A stretch of 64,000 nt of DNA from Yuukianura sp. NJ FZ-2021 (GCA_046563655.1 CM102285.1:4464001-4528000); one strand, 5' to 3'. Shown: positions 34,911 to 48,631, counted from the stretch's first letter. Made by a program: numbers and translations. Notes: generated by a model from the sequence alone, not told the origin.

Positions 34911-37470
34911 CTACAGTTCGTCCTTTTTAGTGCTCTCAATTTTTGTTTTGGCAAATGGAAATTGTGGATTTGTTGTGAGGAAAAATATTCCGGATTCCCT
35001 GAAAGTACGGACAAGTTATCAACATTTGTTGTGAAATACATAAAAACTAAGAAAATAAGTTTACTTTTGCAATCCTGCCCTTTCTCCCATTTCAATCAAG
35101 TGATTGCAGTCACATTTTCCGTCGATGTACTTTTTCTCGTCATCTTCCGGATCATAGGCTGCGGCTTCATTCAGATCGTCCACCGCCTCACTACATTTGC
35201 AAGAGGCAAACCAGTGGTGCTGCTCAATGATACTTTCTGCCCAGTACTCATGCGAACGACCATGAGAACAAACCGTGTTGTGTACTTTGTCAACTTTTTA
35301 CAAACAAAAAATCAAGTAAGATGTACTGAAATTTTCAGAAATCAAGGTAAGGCTCACTGAAGTAACTCCAAATACTACGAATTTCTGGGCAACCCGGTTG
35401 TTCGTTACCGCCATTCGGGTAAAAATCTATGTTTCCGAGTGGTGCTGCCAAACCAGCAGCACTCGATGTATGAATTACATCAACAAACGTGGCGCACGAT
35501 GGATTTAAACGCCGACTTCGAACTTCTTTGCTGTCCACATCAAGGTAACCAGGAGCGGCAGGGTCGAGTCCTACCACAGAGTAGATTTTTAAATATTATA
35601 AAAATACAAAGATTTAAATCTTTAACCGTTTGGTACCGGTTAAGCGCGAAATTTTGTTGGGTTTGATTTCATTGGCAAATGAAGCTCCAACGTGGGCTCC
35701 CAGACTGTGGCCGATGTAATGAACATTGTCGAATGTAGTGTACTTTTGTAAAACAAGAAAGTTAACAAGGTCGCCAATCTTTTTCCCAACGACATTAGCT
35801 GCCTCAAATGTTGTGTAGTACAAAGCAGTATCAGCAAATACACTCCAGTCAATGGAAATGACGTTGACATCCATTGCTTCTAGGTATTCTTCAAAGAAGG
35901 AAAATCCAAATACACTGTACGACTTTTTGCAAAATGTTTTTAAAAAATTTCTTGTATACAGACACATCAATAACACTTACTGTCCTTTGTCTTTTCAGGA
36001 AAATCATGAGTGTGGTTAGACCGGAATCCATGACAAAGAATTTTGAGCGGAGCATTTTTTACAAAGCTCGACTTTTTCAAAGTATCTGCGTCCCCCACAA
36101 TTAATTTCTCGGGGATTTGCTGAGTATTTCTAAAAATAATTCAAACTTTTCTTTTAACTTTTGATTACTTCTAAATTTGATTTGATTATAACTTTACCGG
36201 TTCCGTGTCAATTCGTAAACTCAATTTCGTAAACAGTCAACTCGTAAACACGCAATTCGTAAACCGGCAATTCGTAAACGCCCTAATTCGTAAACATGCG
36301 AACTCGTAAACAACAAAATTCGTAAAACTCTCAATTCATAAACACGGCAATTCGTAAACAAGAGCAATTCATAAACATCTCAGTTCGTAAACAGTCAATT
36401 CATAAACACAGTGAATTCGTAAACATTCGAATTCGTAAACTCCATAATTTTTAATATTGTTGTTTAATATTTTAATAATGCTGTAGTAATTACTTTCTTG
36501 GTTTTGAACCTTGAATTATGTTAATTCAAGGTTAATAAAAAAAATTACTAAACCGCGATATTTCCGATTTTTGTCTTTTTTTTTCCCTAAATGCCCTAGT
36601 GACCCATGATACCAATTATAATAATAAGTAATTATACTAATATAAAAAAAATAATTATAATATACATTTTCCCCACGGAAATGAAATCTCGAATTTTTGG
36701 AAGTTTTTGAAATTTGAAAATTCTCCATAAGTTTTTTCTGAATTTTTTTATTCCTAACCAAACCTAACGGGCCTCGCTTCGCTCGGCTAATTCAGTAAAA
36801 CATCACTGTTTTATGACAAGCTGCAATTAAATCCATAAACTGAATAAAAACAATTGCAAAAAAAAAATTAACATGTAACCTTATGGAGAATTTTCAAATT
36901 TCAAAATTTTCCAGAAATTCGAGATTTCATTTCTAGGGGAAAATTTTATATTTTTGGTATGGAGTTTACCAATTCGAATGTTTACGAATTCACTGTGTTT
37001 ATGAATTGACTGTTTACGAATTGAGATGTTTATGAATTGCTCTTGTTTACGAATTGCCGTGTTTATGAATTGAGAGTTTTACGAATTTTGTTGTTTACGA
37101 GTTCGCATGTTTACGAATTAGGGCGTTTACGAATTGCCGGTTTACGAATTGCGTGTTTACGAGTTGACTGTTTACGAAATTGAGTTTACGAATTGACCTG
37201 CTTCGAACTTTACCTTGTGTAGAGGTAAAATTCAATTTGTTTTTCGTCAGCATTTGCAATGTAGGTTTCCAACGGAGCTTTGTCAAATGGATGAACCACG
37301 TCTGGACTAACGTAAACAATCGAGAATGATCCTACATGGTCCGGATTCGCATGAAAAAAATAGTGTGACCCGTAACCAGGAGGAAGTGTAGCTTCAAACT
37401 TTCGCGCCAAACCACAATTAAAGTAACTCATATTGAATACCAACAAAAACAGAGCATGCGCCTTGCCCAT
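34911..37470 (-). CDS. Pancreatic lipase/phospholipase A1 family protein; exons 37470-37214, 36129-35981, 35888-35637, 35570-35358, ~35293-35065, 34998-34911
   Basis: Signal peptide, FYLYTR, ILCHGF, IGHSLGAH (Ser), TGLDPA (Asp), VDVIHT, DFYPNGG..QPGC, CSHGRS (His) and a final exon GIFFLTTNPQFPF...KKDEL*. Confidence 0.92.
36199..37205. mobile_element. Mutator-like foldback element with tandem sub-repeats in lipase intron 1
   Basis: Arms of ~240 bp built from AATTCGTAAAC units; 9-bp TSD AACTTTACC at 36190-36198 and 37206-37214. Confidence 0.88.
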
Positions 37471-38439
37471 CTTCGGCTTTGAAGGTGACTAAAGCTCGAC
37501 TTGCTTCTTCCTTCGACTGTAACCCGCAAATGACTAAAAGTTGGATCCGCTCATTTCAAGCCGCGGATTGTTTAAAATAAAAATTCTAGCTTTCTAAAAA
37601 CAAATTTATGACCAGAGCCCTGCCGTTGTCCATGTCCAGAAAAGACATTAATTCTACCGCACCCAAAGCTTCTTCCCATTAAACACTCAAGGGGTCCAGG
37701 AGAAAATCCAAAGGGCTTCTAGGAGACTTAGATCTTCGACGGAAGAAAAGGAAAAATGCCGCCGGAAAAGTTGGAATGTCGAATCATTACGTACAAAGTA
37801 ATTTATGGAAAGACTCCCTGAGTGCTGGGTAATAGTACGTTTGATGCAGAGAAATTTTATTCCTAAATACACTGTTTTCTTAAACCTGTTTTTTTCCCAA
37901 AGAAAGAGTCTGTTACAATAGACCTCCTCGTGGGACTTAAAAATGTGAAAGCGATTAAGCAAATGTTAAACGCAGACTCATCCAGCATCTTTCAATTCTT
38001 GGATCTCTAATTCTTAAAGCATTCTAGTATGTTTAGGAAGGAGAACTTAAATTGGAAATTCGGAAAATAGGTTTTCGCTTATTTCGCTGCGGATAGGTTT
38101 CGCTTGGTGCAGGTTTGTGTTATATGGGCTATGCAGCAGCCACAACGATTTGCCTGACATCTATTCCTCCAAAAGGGAGCATACCATTTTATCGAACAAA
38201 TTGCCACGAAGCGATTTGCACTGAATGAATTCCTCCGAGACAAATTACAGCGAAACTCCCTTTACAACGAAATGTGATTTACATTGAAACGTTACTTTAG
38301 ATTAAAAAAAAGTTATCTTCAGTGATATTAAGTTAGAAAGCATGACGTTAGTCTTACGATTAGTTAAGTTCGCTGACTTCATAAACAGTATCCTATATAG
38401 AGCAAGGGCAGATTCATACATTGTGATTAATTAAAAAGT

Positions 38440-38650
38440 GGAGTTTTTCAAGAAAGTTCAGAACGGAAGTTGCCCAATTCCGGTCAAATCGAAAACTCAT
38501 TATTCGCCCTTGGACCATGAGAAGGGCATCTCCGAAGGCAGACTGAAAATCGGTTCACTGATTTCAGCGTTATAGTGACCAGCAGGCGGACGGACAGACA
38601 GACTAGGGAAAAACATAAAGTAGCGACATACCATGGTTTCGCTACCTAAA
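38440..38650 (-). mobile_element. Short HINE/DINE-like fragment
   Basis: GGACGGACAGACAGAC microsatellite followed by the inverted repeat AGTAGCGA...TCGCTAC, similar to the 12943 and 31131 ends. Confidence 0.45.
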
Positions 38651-39808
38651 CTTAAAAAAATATCAGTTCCATTTTTTAGTCAGTCGGCGCAATGCAATTT
38701 TTGTTGCTAGGGGTCAAGGAAGAATTTTACAAAAGTTAATTAAATTGAATGGGGCCACTGCTCCATTGTTTCTGTTCAAAGACTTTTTGAAGGACACAAG
38801 ACAACCCAAAGATTACTTTTGCATGACCATACTTTTAATTTTCTTCTGAAGAGGCTGTGAACAAAAATTTCCTCAAAGAAGGCTAATTATGAAATTGAGT
38901 CAGAAATCGCCAGATAAGTTATAGAGATTTATTTGCTCGAACAGTTATAATATTCCATGAGAATAAGGATAGGATACTCGAGTCGGAAGAGACAAATGCG
39001 CCATTTATATTCCAGTCAACGAAAGTCCTGACTGTCAAGTGTGTTAAAGTTGCCAACTGAAAAACCCAACTACAAGGAAAATTGAAAATTTGGGTTTTAT
39101 GTAATAAAAAAAAATGTGATAGTTGAGCACAACTCCATGGGCCGCGTACGAAGTGGAGCGGTAAATAGAATATTTTCTTTGAATAAAGAAATACTGAATG
39201 TCAAAATTTGTGCATGTTCTGACTGTTGAATGCCGTTGTCGTACCAAAGATTTCGAAACGCGTTTAGTGATTCCTTTGTGTAGTATTTTGACTTCAGTTT
39301 GTTTGAACTTTGTCTCATCCTTTGTTCCACTTTTCATGATTTATCACTTGCATCAACTAAATTAGTCAAACCATTCCATAAACAATGCAGAGAAAATCAA
39401 TGATCCTTTGTCAAGTTCTAGTAAACAAAATCCGAGCATCTTTTATTCCTTCACTCCAAAACGTTGTATGCAACATTTGACTTTGCTTCAACTTAGCGTC
39501 AGAAATTTCGTACCCTTCGATTTTGATAATGTGCTGTTAGAATAAATACTGCCGGAAGTCAATAGAGTCAGTGGAGTCAAGCGCAATCGGTTGGAACAAA
39601 TGTCTGTTTGGATAGACGATGTCGTTGTGGAGACCTTGGATGGAATCACATGGGCGGAGTAAAGCCTTGTTGTGGACTATTTAATTCGAGGCAAGTGACA
39701 GCGAAGACTGTGAATAATTGACAGTGTCCATCTGCTTTTTGTTTCGGATTGCATCAACGAGGCAAGAGCTAGGTTTGCTAGGTTATTTTAGGTAAGGCGG
39801 AGAAAGTA

Positions 39809-40607
39809 ATGACAGAGCAGGAAAACGATCCCCACTTCATCAACTTTCTCCAGTTTCTCCTCAACAGTCGGAATACACAGCAGAATGTACACCAAGGTCC
39901 AACTTCAACTTGTCGTAACTCAACTGTGCTAGTCACCATGGAACAAGTATTCCCCGTTTTGAACGACGTGACCGGTCAGAGGTCACTGGACAACATCATA
40001 CCCACTGAAATAACAGAGAAACCGCATGGAAGTTGGTCTCAAATGACTCCAGAAGCAGAATTCTCAACACAATCTTGCGATCACTGTCAAGTTGTGACAA
40101 ATGGAAAGGTTTCTGGGAAAAGAAGTAGCGCCTGCTCTGCGAATTTGTCAAAGGCGATGGTCATCCAAGACGCGTTGTCTTTCTACAGAAACTTTTCAGC
40201 TTCGGTTCGTGGACGCAGAGCAAAATCGTCACTTTCTTCAAAAGAAGCGGCTCTTCAAGACACAAGTGAGGACATGGACAGACAAGGCAAATTTCAAGTA
40301 AACCAAAATTTAAAATTATACCGCTCACGCTCTCTGCCATCAAAGTTCTCCAAATTCCTCCGCACCCAAAATAACTAACTCACCAGTGGCAACTGAATCA
40401 ATTCCACCCTTGACACCTAATGTGGTTGATGAATCAGTTCTGGCCGAGGAGAAGCTACCGCTCGAAGACCCTGCTGCTACTACTGCGCATAAATCGGTTC
40501 AAACTGGTACAGATTCTTTGTTTATGAGCGATGAAGAGGACGAAGCCATTGACCCTAGAATGTCACTTTACCTGGAAGCCGCCATTCGAATTCATTCCAG
40601 AGTCTAG
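39809..40607 (+). CDS. Hypothetical low-complexity protein (probably two exons)
   Basis: A 189-aa ORF followed by a branch/acceptor-like CTAAC...CAG (~40376-40385) and an acidic 73-aa ORF. No domain is recognisable. Confidence 0.35.
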
Positions 40608-41353
40608 ATAAACTTTATTGAGTTATTGCAATTGGTATTCTGATTCACACTTACGAGGGAAGCCAATTGACTTTTCGTCAAATCTTTGAATTTAAAAATT
40701 ACAGCCATTTTGTCATATAACATCCTAAATACGTTTCGTGTTTTCGGCATAAAAGTTCAACATAAGAATTCGACATGAAAATATTTTTTCTATATATTAT
40801 GGAGGTGGAACTCGTGTTCGAATTCAAGGGTGTATTTTTTTCTTTGTCACTAGCAACCGAAACTACTGTAGAAAATTTTCACATGCCAAATATGACCGAA
40901 ATTTTTAAATTCAAAAGTTCGACGAAAGGTCAATTGGTTTCCTTGTTAGTTCAATTATAAAAGTAAATTGTACAACTCAACTCAACAATAAACCGTTATA
41001 TTTTTGAAATTGCTCACTTCCACGTACTGAAAAGTTCATTTTTGTTGCTGGATTGGAAACATATCATCGAGTATTCGCCACTTTTTGACATCTAAGGTAT
41101 CAAATTTAACGAAAAATTTATAATATTAACGTATTTCAAGCTGCATATGCTAACTTTTTTCCCAGCGGTTTTTAGACAGGATTTGGTTTAGCTCTTATTT
41201 ATTCATTCTTTTCTTTCGTAAAAACCACAAAATAATGCAATTTCCTTATACTTGCTCTTCCTTAAACACGATTTAGTCCTTTTTAATACATTGTAAGTTC
41301 ACTACTCCAATCATCTTTTACATATTTAACCTTGCGCCGTTGGTGGCATAAAT

Positions 41354-44300
41354 ATGGAAGACACGGAATCATTTTTGATAGCGTTGATACAAAGAACACC
41401 GTTAGCTGACGTGTTATGTCAAGAAATAATCCAGAACAATTTTTTTCAGCCAATACTGGAACCGGTAAGCGCAATTAGCAAACAAACATGACAATTCAAT
41501 TGTAGCATAACATACTGCAGCAGCCGTCGACTCATATGTGTTTTAATTTGCTGGCAATTGCAGGGGCGAAGATGTACTCAGTATTTAAAAGCAAGAAGAC
41601 TTTACGACGAAATCTTCTATCGAAGTCTAAATTTTTCTACCCAGCAATTAGAGAATTTGAAACAAACATTTTTCGACACCGGAAACGGTTGTGCAGGAGA
41701 ATTATTATTTTCAAACCGGCCACAACTATACTCTGACTCTATCAAATTCTTCGAGAAAAGAATGCCTTTCTTACAAAGTAGACTCCCACGCCGACCATTG
41801 TTAATAACATCAAAAGAAAATAGGAGAGAGCGAGATACCCCATTCTTTCAGGCCGCAATAACTGGAAATGCAGGGAAGTTGGAGAGTCTTCTATTAGACA
41901 CACTTTCGACTTCCTCTATCTTGGAGCTAGCAAATGAAGAAGCTGAAGGAGAAGAGCGCGACTTGGAACGCTTTGTAAAAAATCGCAAAATTGCATTTCG
42001 CACGAAGATGATAAATGTTCTGATTGGCAAAAGAGACTGGGCACAGAGGACACTACTTCATGCCGCCATTTACTCCAAATGTGGATCACGTGAGTTTGCT
42101 TATCTATAAATTTGACAAACGAAAATTCTCACTTTTGTACCTAGTGTTTCAATAGCGCTCCTTTTCCCCAAGTATCTAACTTGATATTTCAAGTAGACTT
42201 TTGACAAATGACGCCATTAACTAGGTTAAACTCAAAAACCAGTTTAATTTTTCCCAATTTTTTGCATGTAGTTGTGTTCTACGCCTGTCGAAGTCAGTCA
42301 TTTAATTCCAGTTAACGGAGTAATGTTGCTAATAGTAATTGCAAATAATAATTTCAAATATTATTTTGCTAATAGTACACAAAGATTTAATTTTCATGCG
42401 GTACTGTGAGAATTGCAAGTAGTTTTTGGATTTGACTTCGGAGGTAACCTTTTCGCTGCGGACTAACAGTAACCCTTTACTGACATTTATACAAAAATGC
42501 AGTTTTGTACATTCCTTAACCATAGTTAACTATAACTACATGCAATTCTCCCATTGCCAGACGGAGATTATAACTTTCGCAACCCGTACATATAGAGATG
42601 AGTTTCAAACATTCCATATATTTTCAGAGATGTTTGTAACCATGTCTTGTTTTAGTGTCATCGTGTGTAAATGTTATTTTGGAATACGCACAAGCAGCTG
42701 GGATCAAAGCGGCAGTGTTGGATTGTAAGGATTGTTTTGGAAACACTCCACTCCATCTTTCAATCCGCAGAAGGAATGTGCAAATGACGCGGAAACTAAT
42801 TCTGGAAGGAGCAGACATATTTTTAATGTAATGAACTGATGTGCCTTATATATAACGAGTATTTGTTTTTCTTTATTATTAGGAGTTCTATGGTTACGTC
42901 GTGTTTAACGTAATATTACCTTCTTTATTAGGGATAACCGCAACAACTGTCCGCTACAACTCATCTATCAATTACTTCCAAAGTCAGGAACTTGTCTAAT
43001 GGACATGGCTATAACCGTCAGCGGCGACATCTCTTGTGACACACCATCTCTCAACATTGATTTTGGGTAAAACGTTTAGACAGTCTTAATGAGAAGTTAT
43101 AGAAACTGTCTCGAGGTCAGGCACACTAAATGTCTACTTGGGGTGGAACTAAAATTAGTTTCAGACTTAAGAACCAAGACAACCTCAAAATAAGTGATTG
43201 TGCGAGAAAGAACAACTGGAGAGTAATACCCTGCAAATATAAAAATTAACTAGGCATTCATTTGGTTTTGTTGTATACAAACTAGATTTTGTTTGTTTCT
43301 AGAACAATTACTTCGTTTCTTCACTTTCCTAAAGCTTTAGATGCTATCCATCAAGTGTACAAACCCAACCAAAATGAAATGAAGCAAAATGCCGGAAGGA
43401 AGGCATCTAGTTTATCATCATTAATTAAAGAGGGCGTGGACAGAATACTTGATGTGGAAAATGAACAGACTGATCGGTCTACTCCAGAAATTCAACCTGA
43501 AGAGCTTCGTAACCTTGCATACTTGCTGCACAATGACAAAAAGGCTTGTTGGCATCTCTCCGCTCACCCGGTTGCAAAACTATTTCTTCACTTGAAGTGG
43601 AATCGACTCAAAGGACGCTTCTACATACAAATCGTTGCCAAAATTCTATTTTGGCTTCTCTACTTTCTAGTCATTGTTCAAATTTACTTTGTGGACTGTC
43701 CATCACGGGCAGAGCAAAATCAAGCCCATTGGCATGCAACATCAATGCCCTCCAACACTACGAATACATTCAAAGACAAAGGCGATGGAAAATGCACTTG
43801 GTCATATTTCACACTGCTACTTCTACCGCCGACACTACTTTTTGCCATTTTGCAGTTCTACAGTCCAGCGTGGCGTCTGATGACTACGATACCTGAATTC
43901 AAAAGAGTGCGCTTTGGTTACCCGTACTTTGGATATTCAATGCACGTCCTATTTCTATGTTTCATTCCTGTCACCGTAGTTCCTCCATACTTTCAAAGCA
44001 CTCTCACTTCGTATCAGTATCTACTAGCAGTGGTATGCGGTACATTTTGAAAGAGAAAAAGTATCAAAGTTAAAATTTTTGGGTACTTTTCTAGCGAATT
44101 TTGAAACATTGCGATTCAAACATTTTTTTCAGATTGGAGTGCTGTTGGGTTCCGTTCGACTTTTGCATGTCCTCGGGGAGTCCAACTCGGATTGCGAAAT
44201 TCAGTCCATCTACGTTTACGTATACATGCGTGTCCTTTGGAGATTCCTTTCTGTGATTATAACTTTTTCGTTTGCATTTCTCGGATTTGCAATTTCCTTT

Positions 44301-45428
44301 AGCATCATATTTTCTGAGGTTAGTTTTACAAATTGAAAGAATTCCAGGTTCAGTTTTTACTTTTTTGTTTACTAAACGCATTCTTGTAAAATTTTGCTTT
44401 TACCTAGCCCAACAAGTTTTCAACGTTTGTGAGACAAACATTCCGATTGTTTATAATGATCCACGGTGAATTTGATTTTGAAGAAACGACCCTCAAATCT
44501 CATTTTGACGAGGGAGATTATGTATTTTGGACAGGACAACTGCTTTTCGTTTTATTTGGAAGTCTCATCACTTTGGTACTTATTGACGTTTTCCTTGGAT
44601 ACACAGTCAGCGACATCAAGGTATGAAATAATAATATTACAAAGAAAGTGAAAAGAGTTACAATAAAATCCTAACCGGCTTCCCTAATAGCAAGATAAAA
44701 ACAAAAAGTGAAAATATGGATGGATAACTCAATCAGAAAAGCGACAAAATTTTGCGTTCTAGATTACGCCAATCTTGATTTTGAGTATGGTTGTTCCATC
44801 ATAATATAATAGAGTGTATTTTACGCACCCAGAACTTTTATGGATGCGTTATTGAATGCTACGAACGATTCATAGCTCAAACCTATGCTATGAGCTGTTT
44901 TCACATCGCCCGGACAAAGGCCGTTAAGTTGAAATATAACTGGTCAAACCTCTTACGTTAGTTAGTAAATCTCCGTATTACAGAGTATTACGTACAAAAC
45001 TATCGTATATTGAAAATGAGCATAACTAAATTTATTTTGCAGGAACTAAGAGATAGAGCCGAGGATAAACGGAGGTTTATCCAAATCGAGCAAATGTTTC
45101 TGTTGGAGAAATCCATAATTTCGTGGGACGCAGGACTAGGAGGCTGGCTTGCAGCAAAATTGAAACTCAAACAAACTCCGTGGCTTCAAGTTGGCGACAT
45201 ATGTGTTATTAAAGAGCAAAATCGAAATCGAAACAGGTACAAAAGAGTTCGAAAATTCACTTCTTCAGTTTGTTATAAAAAGTATTACTTAGGTATTAGG
45301 TATTTTTACTATTTAGGTATTTTTAGTTATAAAAAGTATTTTCTAGGAACGACTACGTTGTTGGTTTAGAAGAGTTACCAAACTCATTACAAGCAGACTT
45401 TCGGCGTTTTTTGTTCTCTGAAGGATGA
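41354..45428 (+). CDS. Divergent TRPA-like (pyrexia/painless-type) ankyrin-repeat cation channel, multi-exon
   Basis: Ankyrin motifs (DTPFFQAA, RTLLHAAI, GNTPLHLS), LSAHPVAKLFLHLKWNRLK, several TM segments, pore MIHGEFDF and S6/TRP-like helix LVLIDVFLGYTVSDIK-ELRDRAE. Exon 1 (41354-41464) splices in frame to 41564; the inferred stop is at 45426-45428. Confidence 0.82.
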
Positions 45429-46359
45429 CGGTTGGAGTGAAATAAAGAGTAGTGACTACAGAAAAATTAATAAACTCGAACTGAATATTTCTCGAAACAA
45501 CCTGAAAAGTTTTGTAAGATTTGTGAATGATATTAGGTTAGGTTAGGTAACCTGGCGACAATAAAACGATGAACCCTGTTACCGCTATCAAATTTTTGAA
45601 GCTAACGAGGATATGTGACTTGGTTTAATCAGTTCTGCTTATAACGTTTTGTTTTTGCAAAAAAATCCGGACAAATTGGAAACTCCAAAACAACGCGCTT
45701 ACAAAAACGCGTTGATTATACTGTTTTATAACTCGTGTTTTTGCGACTTTTATAAAAATAATTTTATATTCTGGTAAAACCTTTTAATTTAAATCTCACC
45801 TAATTTAAAGCTTCATAATGTAGTGAAAATGGCCTTAAAATAAAATAAAGGTCAAAGGTCAACACTACAAGTTTTATTTCCTTGTTGGAAGGTAAAAATA
45901 TAACGTTTTATTAAAAGTTCAAAGAAAATCAAAGTATAAAGGGCACTCTGTTCCAAGCGGAGCAGAGGCAAGAAGTTGAATGAATTTACTGGGCTGGCTT
46001 CTGGCCGTATTTATACGGTCAGGGACAAACGCCTAACCGGAAACCATGAGTTAGACGTTACTCTTTTGTCTTACTCCTATGTGTACATAATTCTATTTTC
46101 AGTAACAGAAACGGAAACATAAACTAGTTTGATCTGGTTTGGGTCCGTTATGGGCCCAAACTTACATTTTTACAAAAGACAAAAGGATCTAATTAGCAGA
46201 TTTGAATATTTAGAACATGCGAAGTTGGAGTAGCTTGGCATTTACGGTCATTTCATGACAATAGTAAATACCGCAACGCCAAATGCTGCAGCAGGGCTCG
46301 GTAGGATACAAAGTTTCAACTTGTTAAGCACCTATGCTTCAGCAAACCTGGATTGTCCC

Positions 46360-46998
46360 GGATCCATGCCAATACATCGAAAAAAGACATCGAAAAAAAG
46401 ACACCGAAACGAAAGACATCGAAAAAAAGACACCGAAACGAAAGACATCGAAACGAAAGACATCGACCCGAAAGACAGCGACAAAAAAGACATCGACAAT
46501 ATAAACACATCGACACAAAAGACATCGACAGAAATTTTATGTTTTATCCCCGGAAATGAAATTGGGCCATTTTTTTTTTACAAAATTTCCCGAAAAATCC
46601 AAAAAAAAAAAAAAATCACGCAAATATTTACTAAAAACGTAAATATTTTTTTCCCGTCAAATCGGCCGAAATATTTAAAAAATATGTAATATGTAAGTAC
46701 ATATGTTAGACATCCCTGGTAATCACTATGGCGTACATTACCAAACCTAATGCCGCGCCTTGGGCGCGGTACCGAAAGCTAAGCTAGCCATACGTCATCA
46801 GTATTGCCAGACATATTCTTTTCTTCAAAATTTTGAAAAAAAAAATGGCCCAATTTCATTTCCGGGTATAAAAAATAAAATTTCGGTCGATGTCTCTTAT
46901 GTCGATGTGTTTCGTTGTCGATGTATTTTTGTTGTCGATGTCTTTTTTGTCGATGTCGTTTGTGTCGATGTCTTTTTTTCGATGTAATGGCGTGCTTT
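46360..46998. mobile_element. Mutator-like foldback element with GACATCGA sub-repeats
   Basis: Inverted arms of AAAGACATCGA units; 9-bp TSD GATTGTCCC at 46351-46359 and 46999-47007. Confidence 0.85.
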
Positions 46999-47333
46999 GA
47001 TTGTCCCTACAATGTTCGTAAACTACTATTTCGGTTTGTCAGTTGGCAACATCCAAAATCTATGAAGAAAAAAGTTCTCCGTCTAGCATGTTACATTTTC
47101 TATGCAGCCAGTGTTAATGTCTAACATTAGAAGAATTGAAATCATAGGTTTGAACGTAGAACGTACGTTTGGTGACGTCAGCTTTCTCTCGCGCGTTTGA
47201 CTTCTAAGTTAACTTAGTAGTGGAAGGTTGAAATGGTCCGTCTAAACGTACGATACTAGACCTTTTAAAATCCTGTTTGAACTGTAAGTCAAGCAAATCA
47301 ACTAATTCAAAACCGATTTTTGAAATACCAAAA

Positions 47334-48155
47334 ATGGACCGAAATACCGTGAGACTGCTTCCACATTTATCTTATAGCGATGTGGAAGACGTTCTTGTTT
47401 TGTACAACAGTATGAGAAGGCCACTAATTAAGGTCAAAAGGAAATTGTTCAAACTGGAGAACTTTTTACAAAAATTTAAAAAAAAATTACAAATTCGTAA
47501 AACGCCAGTGCCAGATCTCTATCTAGTAGCAACTCTACTGACAAATATACAGACATGTTGTTCCGGTAGGTGACTTTTTTGGGATAGTAGATCCCCCAAA
47601 ACTTCAATATTACATATAGTGATTTGAGTATGTGAAAATTAAACTACTTTTGTTCTGCCAGTGATAACAGAAGTGCAGTCATAGGCGATCCTTCTTTGAT
47701 TTCCAGTTCCTTTAGTTGATACTTTTGCTCCTGGCTGTTTTTCTTGAGCTCAAGTTCCATCTTTCGGTTTTCAGCCTCTAGTTTCCGTAGTGCCAGTTCC
47801 GAGCCTTTTAAACTCATTTTAGCCTGTTAATTTGGTAAAAAGAAGTCAGCTTTAGTTAAACTCAAACTCTTAGAACTGTCAAATTATTTAACACGAACAC
47901 GACCAGAGGTGTTACCTTGTTCTTCTTTGCCAGGAAAGCAAGCGTGGCTCGTTTTTTCAGAATTTTTGGCGTTTTCAGTGATTCGCTTGGATCGGCGGTG
48001 TCTGCAGTGGCCTGAGCATTGTCGAACGGATTTGTATTTTCAATTTCCTCTTCATCGTCATCCACTGTTCCTAAATCAATCGACTCGAGTTTAGTTCTGG
48101 TTTAGTTGTAGTTTCAGCCGTATCCCTCTTGGGTTTGCCATACAGGGTAGACATT
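47334..48155. pseudogene. Possible internally deleted Harbinger-type element (convergent coding remnants)
   Basis: A plus-strand start MDRNTVRLLPHL...KLFKLENF faces a minus-strand spliced acidic/coiled-coil C-terminus (...KKNK|AKMSLKGSELALRKLEAENRKMELELKK...EQK*, stop at 47646-47644). No catalytic motif is visible. Confidence 0.25.
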
Positions 48156-48439
48156 TGACCAGATTATTTCAGTGGTTGTTCGATTCTTCCGAGCAGATTC
48201 TTGGTTAAACTAAGGTCGTCCTCAGCGATACCGGATTTGAACAACACAAAGTTGATGTTCAATTTGATTAGAAATTATTGCCGTGTTCATTACATTAGAG
48301 TTTAAAATCTTACGCTCCTTTGCTGACAAAGCATTACTGGGACAAGAATTATGGTGGATTCATACTACTCTCAGAATACAACAAAACCAATAAAGTCCTT
48401 CACGACATTGTGGAATTAATCAAACTGCGATAAGTTTGT

Positions 48440-48631
48440 TTTGATCAAAATCGAGATGGATTTATCTCCAAAGAAGAATTTGAAGATTTCAAAAACTGCA
48501 ATGTGGCTCTTGAACCTGGATTTCGTGATGTTGACTACGAAACTTTTCTTGAAGACGCTGATAAAAACAAAGATGGAAAAATCAGCGCTTACGAATTTTG
48601 CAAGTGGAGTGGAAACCCATATGAAGCATAA
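48440..48631 (+). pseudogene. Two-EF-hand calcium-binding fragment (terminal exon or pseudogene)
   Basis: FDQNRDGFISKEEF and ADKNKDGKISAYEF, stop at 48629-48631 and AATAAA downstream. An in-frame TAA lies upstream at 48431. Confidence 0.7.

Noticed and set aside
46255..47124. Lys/Arg/Asp-rich ORFs
   Set aside because: They derive from the GACATCGA sub-repeats of the foldback element.
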